A stretch of 63,633 nucleotides of DNA, the filler included, from Hausera hauseri (taxonomy: Eukaryota), in NCBI GenBank assembly GCA_046269625.1. It is 11 parts of 11 records of this genome, joined end to end, with 100 filler letters (N's around TTAATTAATTAA, not from the genome) between each part and the next. Parts side by side here need not be neighbours in the genome. Positions count along the whole stretch, not along the records: positions 24,497 to 30,634 come from JBJURY010135095.1; positions 30,735 to 34,844 come from JBJURY010755318.1; positions 34,945 to 39,704 come from JBJURY010446580.1; 8 more parts are not named here. One strand, written 5' to 3'. Made by a program: the position numbers and the translations under genes. Position 1 is the first letter of the stretch. Every line of letters begins with the position of its first letter. Below are positions 25,072-39,642 of the stretch, in pieces. The notes beneath the pieces were generated by a model, which worked only from the letters and a program-made list of their open reading frames with translations, did not search any database and was not told the DNA's origin.

Positions 25072-28000
25072 CTATGAAGTAAATTCGCACCTTGTATGGT
25101 GAAGCCCCTTCTAAGCCTTAGCTTAAACAAACAACTACAACCCCAGTCCACTAATTAATAAAGAATGAAACCACTTACCCCTTCCTAGTAGATAAAAACA
25201 GTGAAGAATAGATTAATGCTATAAGACTCTTGTATCTGCTAATGCTTGAATGTCTGAGACAGCAATGAGATGTAAAAAATAATAAAAAATAGGCAAGTGG
25301 TAAAAGATATCATAGCAAAAAACACAACAAGAAAAATAAGTGAGTTACTGCATTGTAGGCGTCACTAACAACAGGGAGAATAATAGTGTGGGAATCAGCA
25401 ACTTCTCAGAGACGTGTTAGTCAAACATCGATGTACGTAAGAAAGTAACACACGCGGCTAAACATGTCACCATGAATCAAGAAATTGTGGAGGAAGCCTT
25501 TTCACTCCAACACAGTCTATTGATTGCATTTTCATTGCAAGTAGTAAAAGCCACAACTGCCTTGGAACCAATACGCAGTCAGACATACAGGCGAAGTATA
25601 GACAATTGTATTTTGAATTTCTTCAAGGAACAAAAACTCCGCTCATAGCACTTGGCTGTCATACCAACGTGCCTCCCACAGCGCCAGGAAATATTCCTCC
25701 ATACCTCTGGGATGAGGGATGTATCCCGTCGTACAATGTAGTGCTGTGTATCACAGTGGCCTGTTCACCACGTTAACATCCATAACACAGATACAACCAT
25801 AACATAATGAAGAAGTGTACACGTGTGCATCCAACACAGTCGCGGTGGCGCTGCTGAAGAAGGGTGACCAACGCACCATCATGAGTTCATACACATAATG
25901 GTACGATTCTTTGCACCATGCGTCTCAAAATCACATGCAACACGAAGCCGCGTCTGAGACCGGCGGATCATTGGCTCACAATGCAGAAATACGCATACCT
26001 TAGCACACACAGAACAATACAACAAAACACTGCATTGTTCAATAATCCCAGTACACTAATTCCACGTCAACATGTGTCACATTTCGGCTACTGCGTTGAC
26101 TGGCAAGACAAGCAGTCTTCGTAGAGATGCTACGTTGACGAGCTCAACATCCATTACTGGCAATGAAAAATACCAAACAAGTGATGAGTGCTGGAAATTG
26201 CCGAGCAACAACAGTGGGAAGTGAGAGCACAGTCGCTGTTTGCTCTTGCGTGGATCATTGTAGTGTCATTTTCTGTCTTCATTCTGCACGTCATTCTGGG
26301 ATCCCGATTGCTGTGCGTAACAATCGTGTACCACACACTCACATGAATAAACGTTTTTTTTTTTGTTTGTTTGGTCATGGCATCGTGACACAAGCATGTG
26401 TGTTACATGTGAGCTGTTTTGTGTGTGGATTGTTTCATGAAGCAGCGCCATCTCACAGCTGCATGATAGTGAGCACGGGTTTCAATTATGCCATGTACAA
26501 TACTCCCCATGCATTTGTCATTGTACTCTTTGATTGCCGACATGCACGGTGCTGCGCTGACAACAAGAATGTAGTCTGCATCGCTCTGTAGCATGTGATA
26601 CTTACTGATAGTCATTTGAAGAGTAATCATCTGCCAACGACTTCCATTGCAAATAATATCGCAATTTGACAACAACAAGGAGATTCGCCTTAGCATTTCC
26701 TTGTATCTTCTGCCACCTCAGCAGTATACAGTTTGTTTGAAACGTTTGTTTAATTGCAGTGACAACGTTCCATTATGTATCCGCTTGTACATTGGGAAAG
26801 AAGATTCGGTATGTAAAGAAACAGATTGACAAAATGAGATGCATAAATAAAAAAAAACATCAACAGACACAATTCAAACATTACAAAGCATGCGCATGAG
26901 GACATACAATAAACGAACAGTGAATGTAGGATCCTTCTCGTGCTGAGACAACGGCATAAACCCAAAGCAGCCGCAAGTATTGAATAATGGAAAATACAAA
27001 GGGTTACGCACACGTGAGAAAATATGTCCCATCTGCCTTTGTGCGCTCTAATGTGTTTTTTCCGTTGACACACTTCAAAGAAATAAAGACCACAGCGTAC
27101 TGCCCTTGCTGTTCGCCGCATAGCTCGCGATAGTCTAAAATGTTCAGGTTCTTAAACAGCGGTGTCGTTTCTTAACCGTTCAGTTTGTCGCATAAGAAAC
27201 ACACCACCATCGACAAGTTAGTCGTCTCCCTGAAACCCATAGCACGAGTGATGACCGGAGCCTTGTAATGTCTAGTAGGCATATCAGCAATAAATAAAGT
27301 GTTGTCAACAAAAGGTAAATTGTTATGTATCAATTTTACATAACTGTTCCAGTGGCCGTACCATTCTTTACGTTGTTGATCCTTTTACTAGCAGACACAA
27401 ATATTCACCTTATCATATTCTTCCTCACGCAATTAACAGAGATAAAAAGAAAGGAAAAAGAAAAATAAATAAAAAGGAAACAACGATGAAAACAGCAAGC
27501 AACTAATTTATCAGCACAACTATGAAAATCAGTGTGATAAAACAAAAGTGACGATATTTGCTGTTACAAGGATTAACATACCGTCAACTGCATTCAATCT
27601 CATCAGTAGTCACATGACAAGCAACCACTCCCAAGACACAGTGACGTGCTCAATAGTAGTTGACTCCTGTCGCCATCCAATTCATTATACTCTGCGCCTG
27701 TACACGTTAAGCAGACCAAAGCACCATCACTAATCGGATTCGATTCAGCAACAAGTACTAGACCATCAGTTACATGGTTGTCTTGTTCTGTTTCACTTCT
27801 CAGAAACCGATCGTTCAGACATCCAACATATAGTATCTGTGCCGATACAGCTAATTCTGCACTCATCGAAATCGTCCTTCTTGTGCAAAAAATGACAAAG
27901 AAACGGTGCCACAACAATGTTATTCATCAGCTGTATAAATCAGTACAACCACAAAGAGCATTTTTACCCCCTCCATGAGCGCTCCGCTTCCTGTAGGAAA

Positions 28001-30734
28001 AAAAGCAAATAAACAACGTCGACAACGGCTTATGCTCCTTTACAGTAGCAGGTTGACGCTCTAACTTTACCTGCGAAAAGAGAACAAATCAACAAAACGG
28101 AAATGGGTTCGTACATGTACGGGTCACGACCATGGCTATATGTTCGTCTGTGTTGATTCATTCTGGCCTGTACCCTTTTCCCATCTAAAATATGCGCCAA
28201 GAACAGTTCATGTGCAATTCATCACCACCAACCGATTCATGAATAAGCAAAATACGTTCAAAAAATACATCCTGATTGTAATTAATTCCAGCAACTGTCT
28301 ACTTCACTCCTTGACACCTTAATCAGTTGTGCTGATTATTGAAGAGTTGCACTCCATACCTCACAAGCCCAGAGACATCATTCTGTGTGCGAGGTTGCTG
28401 ATAGTATTTGTGTTCAATCAGAAACACCCAAGAGGAAGTTCGAGTCGTCACGACCAGCAAGCTTCACGGCCCTTAAGTATTAGGAATCTTACAGTGCAAC
28501 TCTTTGATATTTCAATGATGTGGTCGAGGATCATTTATTTCCGGGTTTGGAGTGCCGCAGTGGGTCATAGTAAATGAATAACCACAAATTCCACGAGAAA
28601 GTGATGTACGAAAGTACTGACGAGAGATTCCAATCAAGCTGTAACATCAGCACAGACACCAACCATAACAAGCCTACACAGATGACAGTCCAGCATGCTC
28701 AGATCTGACCAGTGTTTATTGCAAGACAAAAAATACACGGACACGATAGTCACAAATGATAACTAAGAGGAACAAAACATAAAGCAACACATGAGAGAAG
28801 GTTGTTAACCCTCCGATGCACTCACCACAACCTGCAAAGATAATGCTCACAAAGCCGACATGGAACAGGCTGACAACTAAAGATCATCCACAGAACATGT
28901 GACTGCATAACGACTTATTGTGTAACTCATCAACACCATTGCTAGTATCAAATGGCAGCAGATGTGGAGACATCTCAACTTTGGGAGAACACGAACCACA
29001 AGATTACGTTCCTTCTCCTGTGTCTCTACAAAAAAATAAAAAACAGAAAAATTGCACAGAGCCATTTCCATGTTTGTCACTGCATTGACGTGTTTAAAAA
29101 AGCGCATTTTAAAGTAGTATAGATCGTATTCCAGTTGCAGTGAAGGAAAAGCTGAGACAGTTTAGCAACTACGCAAGTCGTCTTCCGTCATGAACACAAC
29201 GCAAAATATAACAAAGGAGAAACAAAACGACGATCATGACATACCAAATATTAACAACCAACAGGAAGGAATACAGCAGTGCAAAATGGAACACCTTTGT
29301 GTTTTACTTTCAAACAGGGGTTCAGATCATACAGGCATCCTGCACTGCGCCAACATAGGTGTGCATCACCGCATCACATGGTAAAATACGTTCGTCATCA
29401 GCGTACCTTAACATGTGGTCCAATAAGTCCAATACTGCACGTTCACAATGAGGAACAACATGTGTTGTAACAAGCGATGGCAATGAACATTTAGCAGCCC
29501 TCGAATATCCAGAACAGGTTGATCCACATCGTTTTCGAAGATTGGTAGATATTATTTCAAGACATTCCTTACCATTGCCTCATCCAAGAACGTAGATGAT
29601 CTTTTCCAAGTTGATCGTTATTGTCACATTCTAGACAGCATGCGTCTCTGCGGAATATTAGGCCAGCCAGCACATACCTCAGACTCAAGATGAAAAGAGT
29701 ATAGTTACTGTCCCGCTATTCAACAAGAAGCTCTGACTCTTTATAGTAACGACAGACAACAACGCACAAGTGCAAGACTTGACAACTATCCCACAGGGAC
29801 AAGCCTCACATACCAATCACATCACACTATGACAAGAAACGTTACAACTCAGCGCTGCCAACAGTACTATATACGTGCCACAACATCCAGGCGGCAAACC
29901 TAGGCATTACATTTTACCCTCACATAAATATCAGCCATAACAAAATCTTTAAGAGATATGTATCAATACTACAAAACACACAAAAAAAAAAAAAAGAAGC
30001 ATGAGAACAAAACAATAGGGAAACAGAATCACTAGCAAAAAACATACAGTAATCATACACAACAGAACAACAAGAAACAGAAAGAAATATATTACAACCT
30101 CATCTTATCTAATTGCGGAAATGGTGTGTTTGCTATGTGGTTAGACACAAAGTGTCCATATTGAATTCTTCCACACCATCCAACTAAAAAGAAAAATGTA
30201 ACAACGGAACACATCAAACGAATCACAGTCAACACCAAGCTTTGTGCTCAAAGAATACAACGGTTGCTCATACACAAATGTAACAGTTTAACAATAATCT
30301 CAATATTGGTTGGTGTTTCTGTGTCGTTTTCATGTCTGTCTTTTCGTTGTTGCTGAAAATAACAAAAATAGAAACAAATCGATGCATAAAAAACCCTGCC
30401 ATATCCATAAACAACTATGAAGCTGTTGAGGGATAAGTTACAGTGGAAAAATAGATGCACACAATGTGTTTAATGTGAGGTTACGAAACCATCTTAAACT
30501 GCTTTGACAAATTCCTCATCACAGAGAATTTATCATCGTCTGCATCATAGTTGTTCTGTTTAGTTCATATAGGCGATAGTAATGATCTAAAAAAAAAATG
30601 GTTTACTCTTTTTATCAATTGTCCCTCATAGAGTNNNNNNNNNNNNNNNNNNNNNNNNNNNNNNNNNNNNNNNNNNNNTTAATTAATTAANNNNNNNNNN
30701 NNNNNNNNNNNNNNNNNNNNNNNNNNNNNNNNNN

Positions 30735-32759
30735 ACAGAGTACATTTTATGCCTATTTATTCCTAAAAGTGCTTCTCCTACCTTAGATTCGTCATCATCT
30801 GAATTATTCCTTCGTGTAATAGGTTTTGTTAATTTTTGCTTCTGTAGGAATATAGGCCTTCCTGTTCGTTTACGATTATAGTAGCCGACATGGCGTTCTA
30901 CGTCCGATTTCCATCTATTTTTTTCGTATGCTTTCAAGAATTTTTCAAAAGGCGTTATGATTGCAGTCAGTATTTTACATGAAAATCCGGTCAATGTAAA
31001 TATCTTGTATCCATTTATTACTGCTTGAATGACTGCCTTAATCATTTGTATCAGAAAATATATAGCTAAAAATCCGGATGCGGCTTGACCGGAAATCAAA
31101 AATCTTCCCCAAATTCTATAGAGTATCTCTGTCGTTACTCTTTGATAGTGGCTTACGCCAAGTAATGATTCCCATTTAGCCTGATATCGTGTATCGTCTA
31201 TTACAGACGCCATATCTCGATTCAACTCATGTGTTCGTTGTCGCGGAAAGGCAAGGAATTGTCTGAAGGCCTCGATTTCCTTCGGGCTGTATAAACCTTT
31301 TGACGAGGTGTCTTGAATTTTATCATTTGTGATTCCCTTCGCGAAATTCGTTCCTGTCAATTTATTTGGGCGGCAATAATACCTCCATTTGGCAAACTAA
31401 CCCAGTCTGTCTCACTACGTCTAAACATAGGTTCTCTTAAGCTTGCCTTACAATCCTTAAGAATGGTTGGTTGTGTTGCATTATCCAATGATACTCTTGT
31501 CAACTGCGTAGCTAACCTGGGAGTATTTTGATAAATGACAGGAAATTCCTGAATGCAACGTTTTTCTTCTACGTTGATGGGTACATCTCTCTTCTTGCAT
31601 TCTTAGGATAGCAGTACTTCGCCTGTAACCCTACCGAAAATTCCTTCTCTCATAGGAATCATGGGAGAAGCTAACTCTGGGTTGGCGTATATGAGAGCCA
31701 ATTTAGTCCTCATAATTTCAGTATCTAATTTTCAGTCATTCATTATCATTTTGTGATATATTTCTGTTATCGCGACTTGCCGTTTGTGATAGAAGTAATC
31801 GTCTCTGTTTTTCAGGTAATTTTCAATTCGGACATCCTGCGTGTCAAATTTGTAGGCTTTTGCATTTATTTCTGTTTCTGCAACGAAAAATGCTTTATAG
31901 TTAGTAGCGAACATTACCACGTCACAACGAGAGATCATTACCTGTTTTTATAAATTTCAATCCATACTGATCCGAAATCAATATAGTGGGCGTAGGCTGT
32001 TCCGATACATCTTCGCGTGTCCTTGACTTAGTCTCAGATTTATCTATACATCGTTTTCCGGTAGTTTCATTAAATTTTAACTCTTTAATTTTAATAAAAT
32101 TACAGCTCCTTTCAGACAGAGGTTCCCATATTATAACAGAACTTCTAAAAGCACAGGTTCCATCTTGTAAGTGGCATTTTCGATTCTCGGTGTATAACTT
32201 GTCGACACCATGGAACATTACTTTCTGTGACCGCATCTCTGATTCGTAAAAAATCTACTACTACCACATTCGATTGTAATTCTTTTCCGGTATCGTATTC
32301 CGCTCCGTAACAATGTCCGCTGTGCATACTTAATCTTCCGGCCACTACCTTGTATGTCCTAATTATCTTTCCTAGTTGCATTTCTAATTGCATACTGTCC
32401 CATTGTACTCTTCCAGTCGCTTTAGCTTGTTTGTAGTGTTGGCGTTCTAAGTTTATTGGAATTAGCGAAGTGGTTGGCTTGATTATGGAGTAATGTCCAT
32501 GTACTAGCTTACAGTGAAATATGCTATGCGACAGTCTCAGCATGCATTCCATTCCATCTAACGATATCAATTATTGTTGTTGGTATAGGAAGTAATTTTT
32601 TTCTCTTGTTTCCAACTTGTGCGGTCTGGAATCTTCGCATACTTCCAGATCCATTATGGAATATCTCTGCCCTAGTTTAAACTTATCGCAATCATAGACG
32701 GTAACTGCGCTTATGTGTTTTATTAGCATCATTAAGGTGAGTAGGCTGATTAACCAATC
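30735..32759 (-). pseudogene. env: Second copy of the chuvirus-like glycoprotein
   Basis: DWLISLLTLMMLIKHISA|VTVYDC...GLYSPKEIEAFRQFLAFP...WGRFLISGQAASGFLAIY; collinear with 11736-13750 and open past the TM to the contig end. Confidence 0.85.
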
Positions 32760-34798
32760 TGACTAATTTTGCCGGTGGCCAAAATCCGTCGTTGTTAAAT
32801 TGCGTATTATATCGTCAAGTTTATTACTGGTCCGTCTGTCTTCTTCCTTGTCAAACAGTCTTGATCAATTTACTTCGCAAGGCATTCTTCTTGCTGCTTT
32901 TCGTGCTAAGCTTATAGCTCTGTTGATTTCATTCTCTCGGTTAGAGTTCACTTTGATAGCTAAATGTAATAATACTTTTCTCAATTCCTCGTGGGTGTTC
33001 TCTACCATGATCTTCTCGATTACCGATTCGTCGGTTAAGTTACTTTTTGATAATTTAAAACGTGAACTTCGCATTGTTCTAGCTGCATCAAAAATTATCC
33101 TTTCTTTATCATCTGATGTGTTTGAATAATTTACAATTCGTATCACATTCTGCATTAACTCGTTTCATTCTTCATTGTCTGCACTAAGAGTCGAAATCGA
33201 CATCTGTATCAATTCTCTAATTAATTCTTCGTCATAATCCACTCCTCGCGTTTTCTTGGGTATACCTACTGGACGTTTCGGTCTTGGACTCTTAGTGGTT
33301 GTTTCACTCAGTGGGACTAAATTTATGTCGTATTGTTCCTTATCCTCATCCGTTTGTAAGTACTCAAAATACATTGCAGCGTCTCGGACACCCATAATTT
33401 GTCCTACACATTGCTCCGTTTTAGCTTTACGTGTAGATTCTTTCTTTGTCTGTTCATTACCCATTATTGCCACTATCCGATTTGTTTCGTCGGGAATAAT
33501 TTTGACATCTATCAATTGTTCTAGGTCGTCGAGGATTTTGCCTGTAAAGTAAAATCTATAATTTACCTCATTTGTTCCGCCGTTATTTAATAACCATTCT
33601 CTTACGTCCCTCACATAGGAATATGTAGTTAATTTGCATACTTTTTCGTTCATCCACTCGGATGATATCATTACTTTCATCGCTACGTCTGGTCTAGCCT
33701 TCAAAATTTTAGCGTACTTCATAATCAGAAGTTTCGGCACCTTACTATAAATCGTATTCTCACTAGATAGTTTAGTTAGCGTCGGAATTAGTTGTCTTAA
33801 CTTATTTTTAGTAATATTTACGTTAATTAGTTCCACTAAATCTTTTTCAGTTAGCGCTAAGTCCAGAAGCATCTCCACATTGAATCTCCTGTCCTGCGGA
33901 CATGTTTCTATCTCGTTTCGTTGCAGTGGAGTCACGGGTTTTTCGGCAAATATTGCGTCAAAGTATGCATCCCATTCGGATTCGTTTCCAGCATCTGGAG
34001 GTCCATAGCCTACTAAAGCCGTATTCATTCGTTTCACGTTTTCCCTGATTTCTTTTAATCTTGGTTGAAATTCTTTCATCTACGTGGTTCGGGAGCCTAC
34101 TCCGTTTCCGCAGGCTTATTGAATCATTTTCAGTAACTCACCAAATTTGATAGAATCGATGCGCCCCTTTTGGTGATAATCCGTTAGTTCAATAATTACG
34201 TCTTTTTGCCACCTTTGTACTAATTCTCGCTTATTTTTAATCTATGACTCAGTAAAAGCATATTTGTTTTGATAGACTTCGAGCTTTTTTGTTAGTTCAT
34301 CCAACCTGGTTGCTCTTTGTTTTGTTTTAATACATGTTTCTTCTACTTTGTGTATCATGGGCATCAATTGTCTTATTTTCTCATCACTAATCTCTGCCAT
34401 TTCTACCAATAAATGGCTTTTGAGTCTGGGTCCATTGCATCCGACAATGTCTTTACGAATTTCTGTTCCAGAAAACTAAAATGTGTGTCGTTTTTTATTT
34501 TTGTCAACTTGGTATGAAAATTCTGATTTGATCCGGCCATCCATTCTTGTGGTTTATGCAAGAATTTTATTGCGTCCGTCATCATGTCTCGATGTTTCGG
34601 ACAGATGTCTAAAGTTTTAATGCCTTGGACAGCAATCTCGTCGATAGGTTTATCTGTTAAATGTTGGACTCCTTCTAGTCGAATAATTCTTAAATTTAAG
34701 TTTAAGTTGTAAATCATATTCCTCTTTTCTGTAAAGTTCGTCTCTTCGACAAATTTATAGATGTCTTTCAATATCGACGTTTCTTGTTTTCCTTTCAT
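32760..34798 (-). pseudogene. ORF-X region of the giant Gypsy (unknown segment upstream of the glycoprotein)
   Basis: ORFs 33165-34079 and 32865-33155 share a frame across one stop; the C-terminal part aligns with 11173-11735. Confidence 0.7.
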
Positions 34799-34944
34799 AA
34801 ATTTTTATGGTTGTAACGCTTAGAATTGAGTACGAATGTCTATTNNNNNNNNNNNNNNNNNNNNNNNNNNNNNNNNNNNNNNNNNNNNTTAATTAATTAA
34901 NNNNNNNNNNNNNNNNNNNNNNNNNNNNNNNNNNNNNNNNNNNN

Positions 34945-37900
34945 ATCAATAAACAGTTGAGTCTTTCATTTCTTTTGACTCTCTATTGGAATTATTCATT
35001 ACTTTTGCTGTGGATATTTATGACAAATTTAGCACTCAGCTTCTTGCGTTATCTATAGCTTCACATGCTAACCCATCTCTAGTAATCGGCCAAGATCTTC
35101 TCACTAAACTACGGAAAGCACATTCTATCTTAGCACCAATCCTACAAAATGACTATTGGATGCTTCTCAGAATTAATCTCATCAAAGGGAAAATTCAAAT
35201 ACTAGACTCTCTCTCGAATAATGATAATGCGGAGTTGAAACAATTCCTAGTCTCTCTATGCGAAACTTTACCAAAAATTCTGAACTGCGGTACCTTCACA
35301 TTCGAAAAATATCCTAAAACACTGTCAAAGCAAACAAACAATATAGACTGAGGCCCATATATTTGCGATTTTATAAAATATCTGTGTGATGAAAGATCAC
35401 TAGACTCGTTTGATCCAGAACAAGTACGGCACAAAGTGGCTCTGCGCCAAACTTTAAAAGCTCTCCCAAGCTGACCAGCGAAGATCAAGGGCGCAAATTC
35501 TATGCATTCATCCTTGAGAAGAATTACATGTTCCTATGCATGGAAGGAGATTGTCAATTTACTTCATACCACATCCGGACAAACCACAGTGACGCAAATG
35601 ATCCTCAACTGAGAATCTTATGCAAGTGCAAACGCTTCTACAAAGTGCACGAAACATTCTCACATACTAAAGACTGCATGAAATTGGACACGGCAAGCCG
35701 AAAACTTCTAAAAGACTGGAATTTTGAACTTCTATCGAAATTTAAATGCCAAAAGCTCATATGCTGCTTTCCCCAATGCCTCGAACAATTTCAGTGTGCG
35801 AGAATTTCAACGGACAATATAGAACGTCACTGGTCTAAACGTGACCATAAGGAGCTCACGCCTGAGTCAAACATACATTGTTTTGGCTGTCAAGAAATTT
35901 TACCTTACAAGAATCTTAGCAGCCACTACAACCAACACCACAAACTGACTCAAAGCGCCTCCAAACGCAAACTTGCATGACTATCCAAACCTAAAGCCTC
36001 ATCTATTGACTCTCTAGATACTACTATCAAGACCTTACTTGACAGATACCTACCCGCTACAGCAATGCTCTTTAATATTCAAGCGACAGCGGCACTACTA
36101 GCGAAAGATGAGGACTTCATCAAACACTCAATTTCATTTTCAGATTTCATATATTGAATATCTCTTCTGCTTAATTACAACTGCTACTGGACATCGAATG
36201 ACCTTCATTGGATCGATATCAGACGGCACTTGCAGCATAATTGATCCAGCAAATTCAGATAATCCTTTAAAAGCAAGTATATACGGACATATTTTAACTA
36301 AATTGTTCAACAGCTTTCTACGATCATCAAAGCTTAAATTCTCAGAAAATACCCATATAACACGAAAGGAAGAAACATGTCTCGACTGTGGCCCGATTAT
36401 CTGTGCTGAAATTCTAAACATCATTCAAGAGGCTCCAAATCGACAATGGGACATCAGAAGCCTCAGATATGAGTTGAAGAAAATTCAAAATCATCAATTT
36501 CGACAGCCGGAAACTGAAAACTCAAAAATCAGAAAACACTCTATAGGCATCGGAAAACAAGCTGCAAGTGACTTACTGCGATTACTGTGGTTAGCTAACA
36601 CACAAATGGCAGCAGATAAAATCTATGAACACATTCTTCAATTGCGCTCTGACAAACCACTGCCCCAAAATATCAGACACGATCCAAAGCTACCAGAACG
36701 GGATCAAAATTGCGAAAACATCCGAAAATCCTATTTAAAAGACAAAAAAGGAACAATCGAAAAATACTCTATGCATCCACACTTACGGAGTTCTCCAACG
36801 AAGAAACAATTGTCGCACATTTCATAAAGAAAGGCAACCCATCAAAAGCCGTTAATTGGACGGAAAGCTTCCCAACAATTCAAGGGTCGGAATTCCAGTT
36901 TCATAGTCCATCGGCTGAAGAAATTATGACATGCTTGAAGAGATTAAAACATTCCGCGGCGGGAGAAGACACAATCTTTTATCGAGACTTCTTGTATACT
37001 GATCCTGAAGCAAAACTCATGGAATACCTCTTTAACAAAGTGGTTGAAAATTGTACGGCTCCGACACAATGGACACGTTTCAAAAACTTGCTAATTCCAA
37101 AAAATATAAAGATGGCTCTTATAACAACATCGACTCTTGGAGACCCATCGCTCTACTCTCGTCAGTATACAAAATTCTGACACGTTGCCTAACACACTAG
37201 CTGCAATACTAGATTAAAGCAGTAGGACTTTTTCACCCGTTTCAGAAAAACATGGGCCCATACGAAGGATGCTCGGTACACAATTTTACTATAACATCAA
37301 TTTTCCAATATCAAAGACGCAATTAGATCCTCCCAATTCATGTGGCCTTCTTGAATATTTGCGAAGCATTTCCAACAGTGCTGATATGCGTCAACCTTCG
37401 CAAAATGGGCTGCCAAGAAAAATAATTATCTTTAATAGAAGCGCTTTACTCCAAAAGCGATTGCGCATACATTTGCGGATCGATCAAAACGGGATACCTA
37501 CCAATTCGCACTGGTGTTCGCCAAGGTTGTCCACTTTCGATGTTACTACTCAGCATTTGAATCAACCCACTTCTGATGGAGTTGTCGAGTGAGCTAAGCT
37601 TTGGATACAGTTTACACCAACAAAAAGTTGCAGTTCTAGCATACGCCGACAATTTGGCACTTATTTCTCAAACTCAGAACTGGTTGCAACAAATGATCCA
37701 ATGTGCGGGGAGGTTTGCTGAGAGAATCAATATAACTTTTAATCCGAAGAAATGTGGTTATCTTAGCCACAATCACACGCATTCTTGGGATCTCATAATC
37801 CACGACCAGCCTATCCCGATTATCAAAAGTGGATAATCCTACAAATATCTTGGAGTAAACTTTTCAAAACGAGATAAGACTTCACCAGTCGAATTAATGC

Positions 37901-39460
37901 AGAAATGCATTCTTGATCTCTCTAAAATTCAGAACAGCAACTTATTACCATGGCAAAAACTCGATGCCTATCATACCTTCATTCATTCAAGACTAACATT
38001 TATATTTCGCAACGTCGAGTTTCCAATAAGATTTCTCAATCACTACATGCTGCCAGACCCAAGATATCCCTCTGAAATGACATCTTGAAGCAGTAAATCG
38101 CGAGTTCATCCGAAAGGTGACATTCTCCCACGAAAACTATCCTACATCATATATGTACACTGAAAAATCTATGGGTGGTATTGGCCTCTTATGAATCACC
38201 GAAGAATACTGCATTAAATCCATAGTTCAAGCATTCAAAATGCTGGTTGCTGGAACACACAGCCTTGGCACATATTGCTGAAAATGAATTAATCCAAACC
38301 TCTGAAAACTACTCTAATAGTCCATCAAATTTATCTTCCGCTTTTAATTGGCTCAAGTCTGGCTCTCAACGCAATCCCATCTCATCCTGGTGGCACAGAG
38401 TCCGATACACAATTGGTTACCTAGCTTCTACGTGTCAAATCGGTATAACATTCACACAAATACCCAATATCAACATCAATATCAGACATATGCCAGAGCC
38501 ATCAAACATTACCCACAAGAAAGTGATCATCAGCCGGGAGAAGAAGCAAAGCCTAACTCACGCTTTACACGACATGATACGGCGAGCAAACCTATTCAAC
38601 TGGAGAAAAATGAAACGACACGGCGAGTGCAGTATGGCGCAAGCACTCTCTCTCTCTCTCATGGAAAACACTGCTATTTTAATCGTTTAAGCTTATACGC
38701 GTGGCGTTTTATCCATCGAGCAAGAACCAACTGCCTGGCTACTCGTGATGTTCCGGAAAACGAAAACAAATCCTGCTGACAACGTGATTACGACAACGAA
38801 TTGCTGCAACACGTGCTATGCCACTGTCCGGCAAATATGCACCTGGTACGAAATCGACACAACACAATGTTACGACTCATAGCTAAGGCACTCTCCAAAT
38901 TACCTGATATCGAATGCATATTCGACCAACAATGCAAACTATCAAACCGAAATCTCCAACCAGACATTCAGGTGACATGTGAAGTTGTCACGGCCTTCTA
39001 CATCATTGATGTAAAAACGCCATACGACACTGTCACAAACTTCCAGAACGCTGCATCATTCAACACGCAGCACTACAAAGATCTTCATTCAGATATTCGT
39101 TCAGCGCTACCTGGTTGAAGAGTCCATATTTACACTGTAATAGTCGGAGCGCTAAGAACGTGGGCACAGGCAAATGAGTCTGCGCTAAAAGAACTTGACC
39201 TTTCCGATACTGCTGTGAACAGACTGAGATCACACTGCGCGATTGCAAGTATAGAAATCTCATCAATGATTTGGAATAGCCACAACCACGGTCACCGATA
39301 TATCCTACAAACTGGTGATAACTTCTCTGATCACGGAAAAAAATTGTGACTGATTGTTCACTCGTTTATCGCAAGGTACGCGTACCTTATCCAAAAAGAA
39401 GAAAAAGGTATAGATCTCAACATTGATGTTAAATTTGTATATAATAAATATATTTTACAC
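34945..39460 (+). mobile_element. RLE-type non-LTR retrotransposon (NeSL/Utopia-like): Ulp1, zinc fingers, Ulp1, RT, CCHC, RLE; decayed, 5' truncated
   Basis: Protease-like YWMLL/ILDSL/QTNNID*GP; C2H2 fingers 35528-35980; RT motifs AAGEDTI, WRPIAL, GVRQGCPLS, LAYADNL, FNPKKC, YKYLG; HVLCHC, RHN, PDI...IIDVKTPYD; AATAAA at 39443-39448. Confidence 0.9.
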
Positions 39461-39487
39461 TCGAGAGTTCAATTCGCTCCGAAGGCA
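39461..39487 (+). pseudogene. 3' half of a tRNA-Thr gene directly abutting the retrotransposon 3' end
   Basis: TCGAGAGTTCAATTC is identical to 39689-39703; CGAAGGC pairs with the GCCTTCG acceptor stem of the downstream copy; T-rich terminator at 39488-39497. Confidence 0.85.
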
Positions 39488-39642
39488 TTTATTTTTTCGA
39501 TGCTTTCCGCACATTAAGTAATGTTAACGATTTGGGCGCTGTGTCACCATTTCAAAGACGAGATGCATTGACGATTTTGATGGATTTCGTGGAGTTTGCG
39601 AGCAGAAAATGTGAAGAATAAAAATATAAAGAAGAAAGTGAA

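Noticed and set aside
25918-30460. Many 60-140 aa ORFs and faint LRR-like words in the kinetoplastid-like contig
   Set aside because: No consistent frame or convincing motif; may be decayed genes but cannot be supported.
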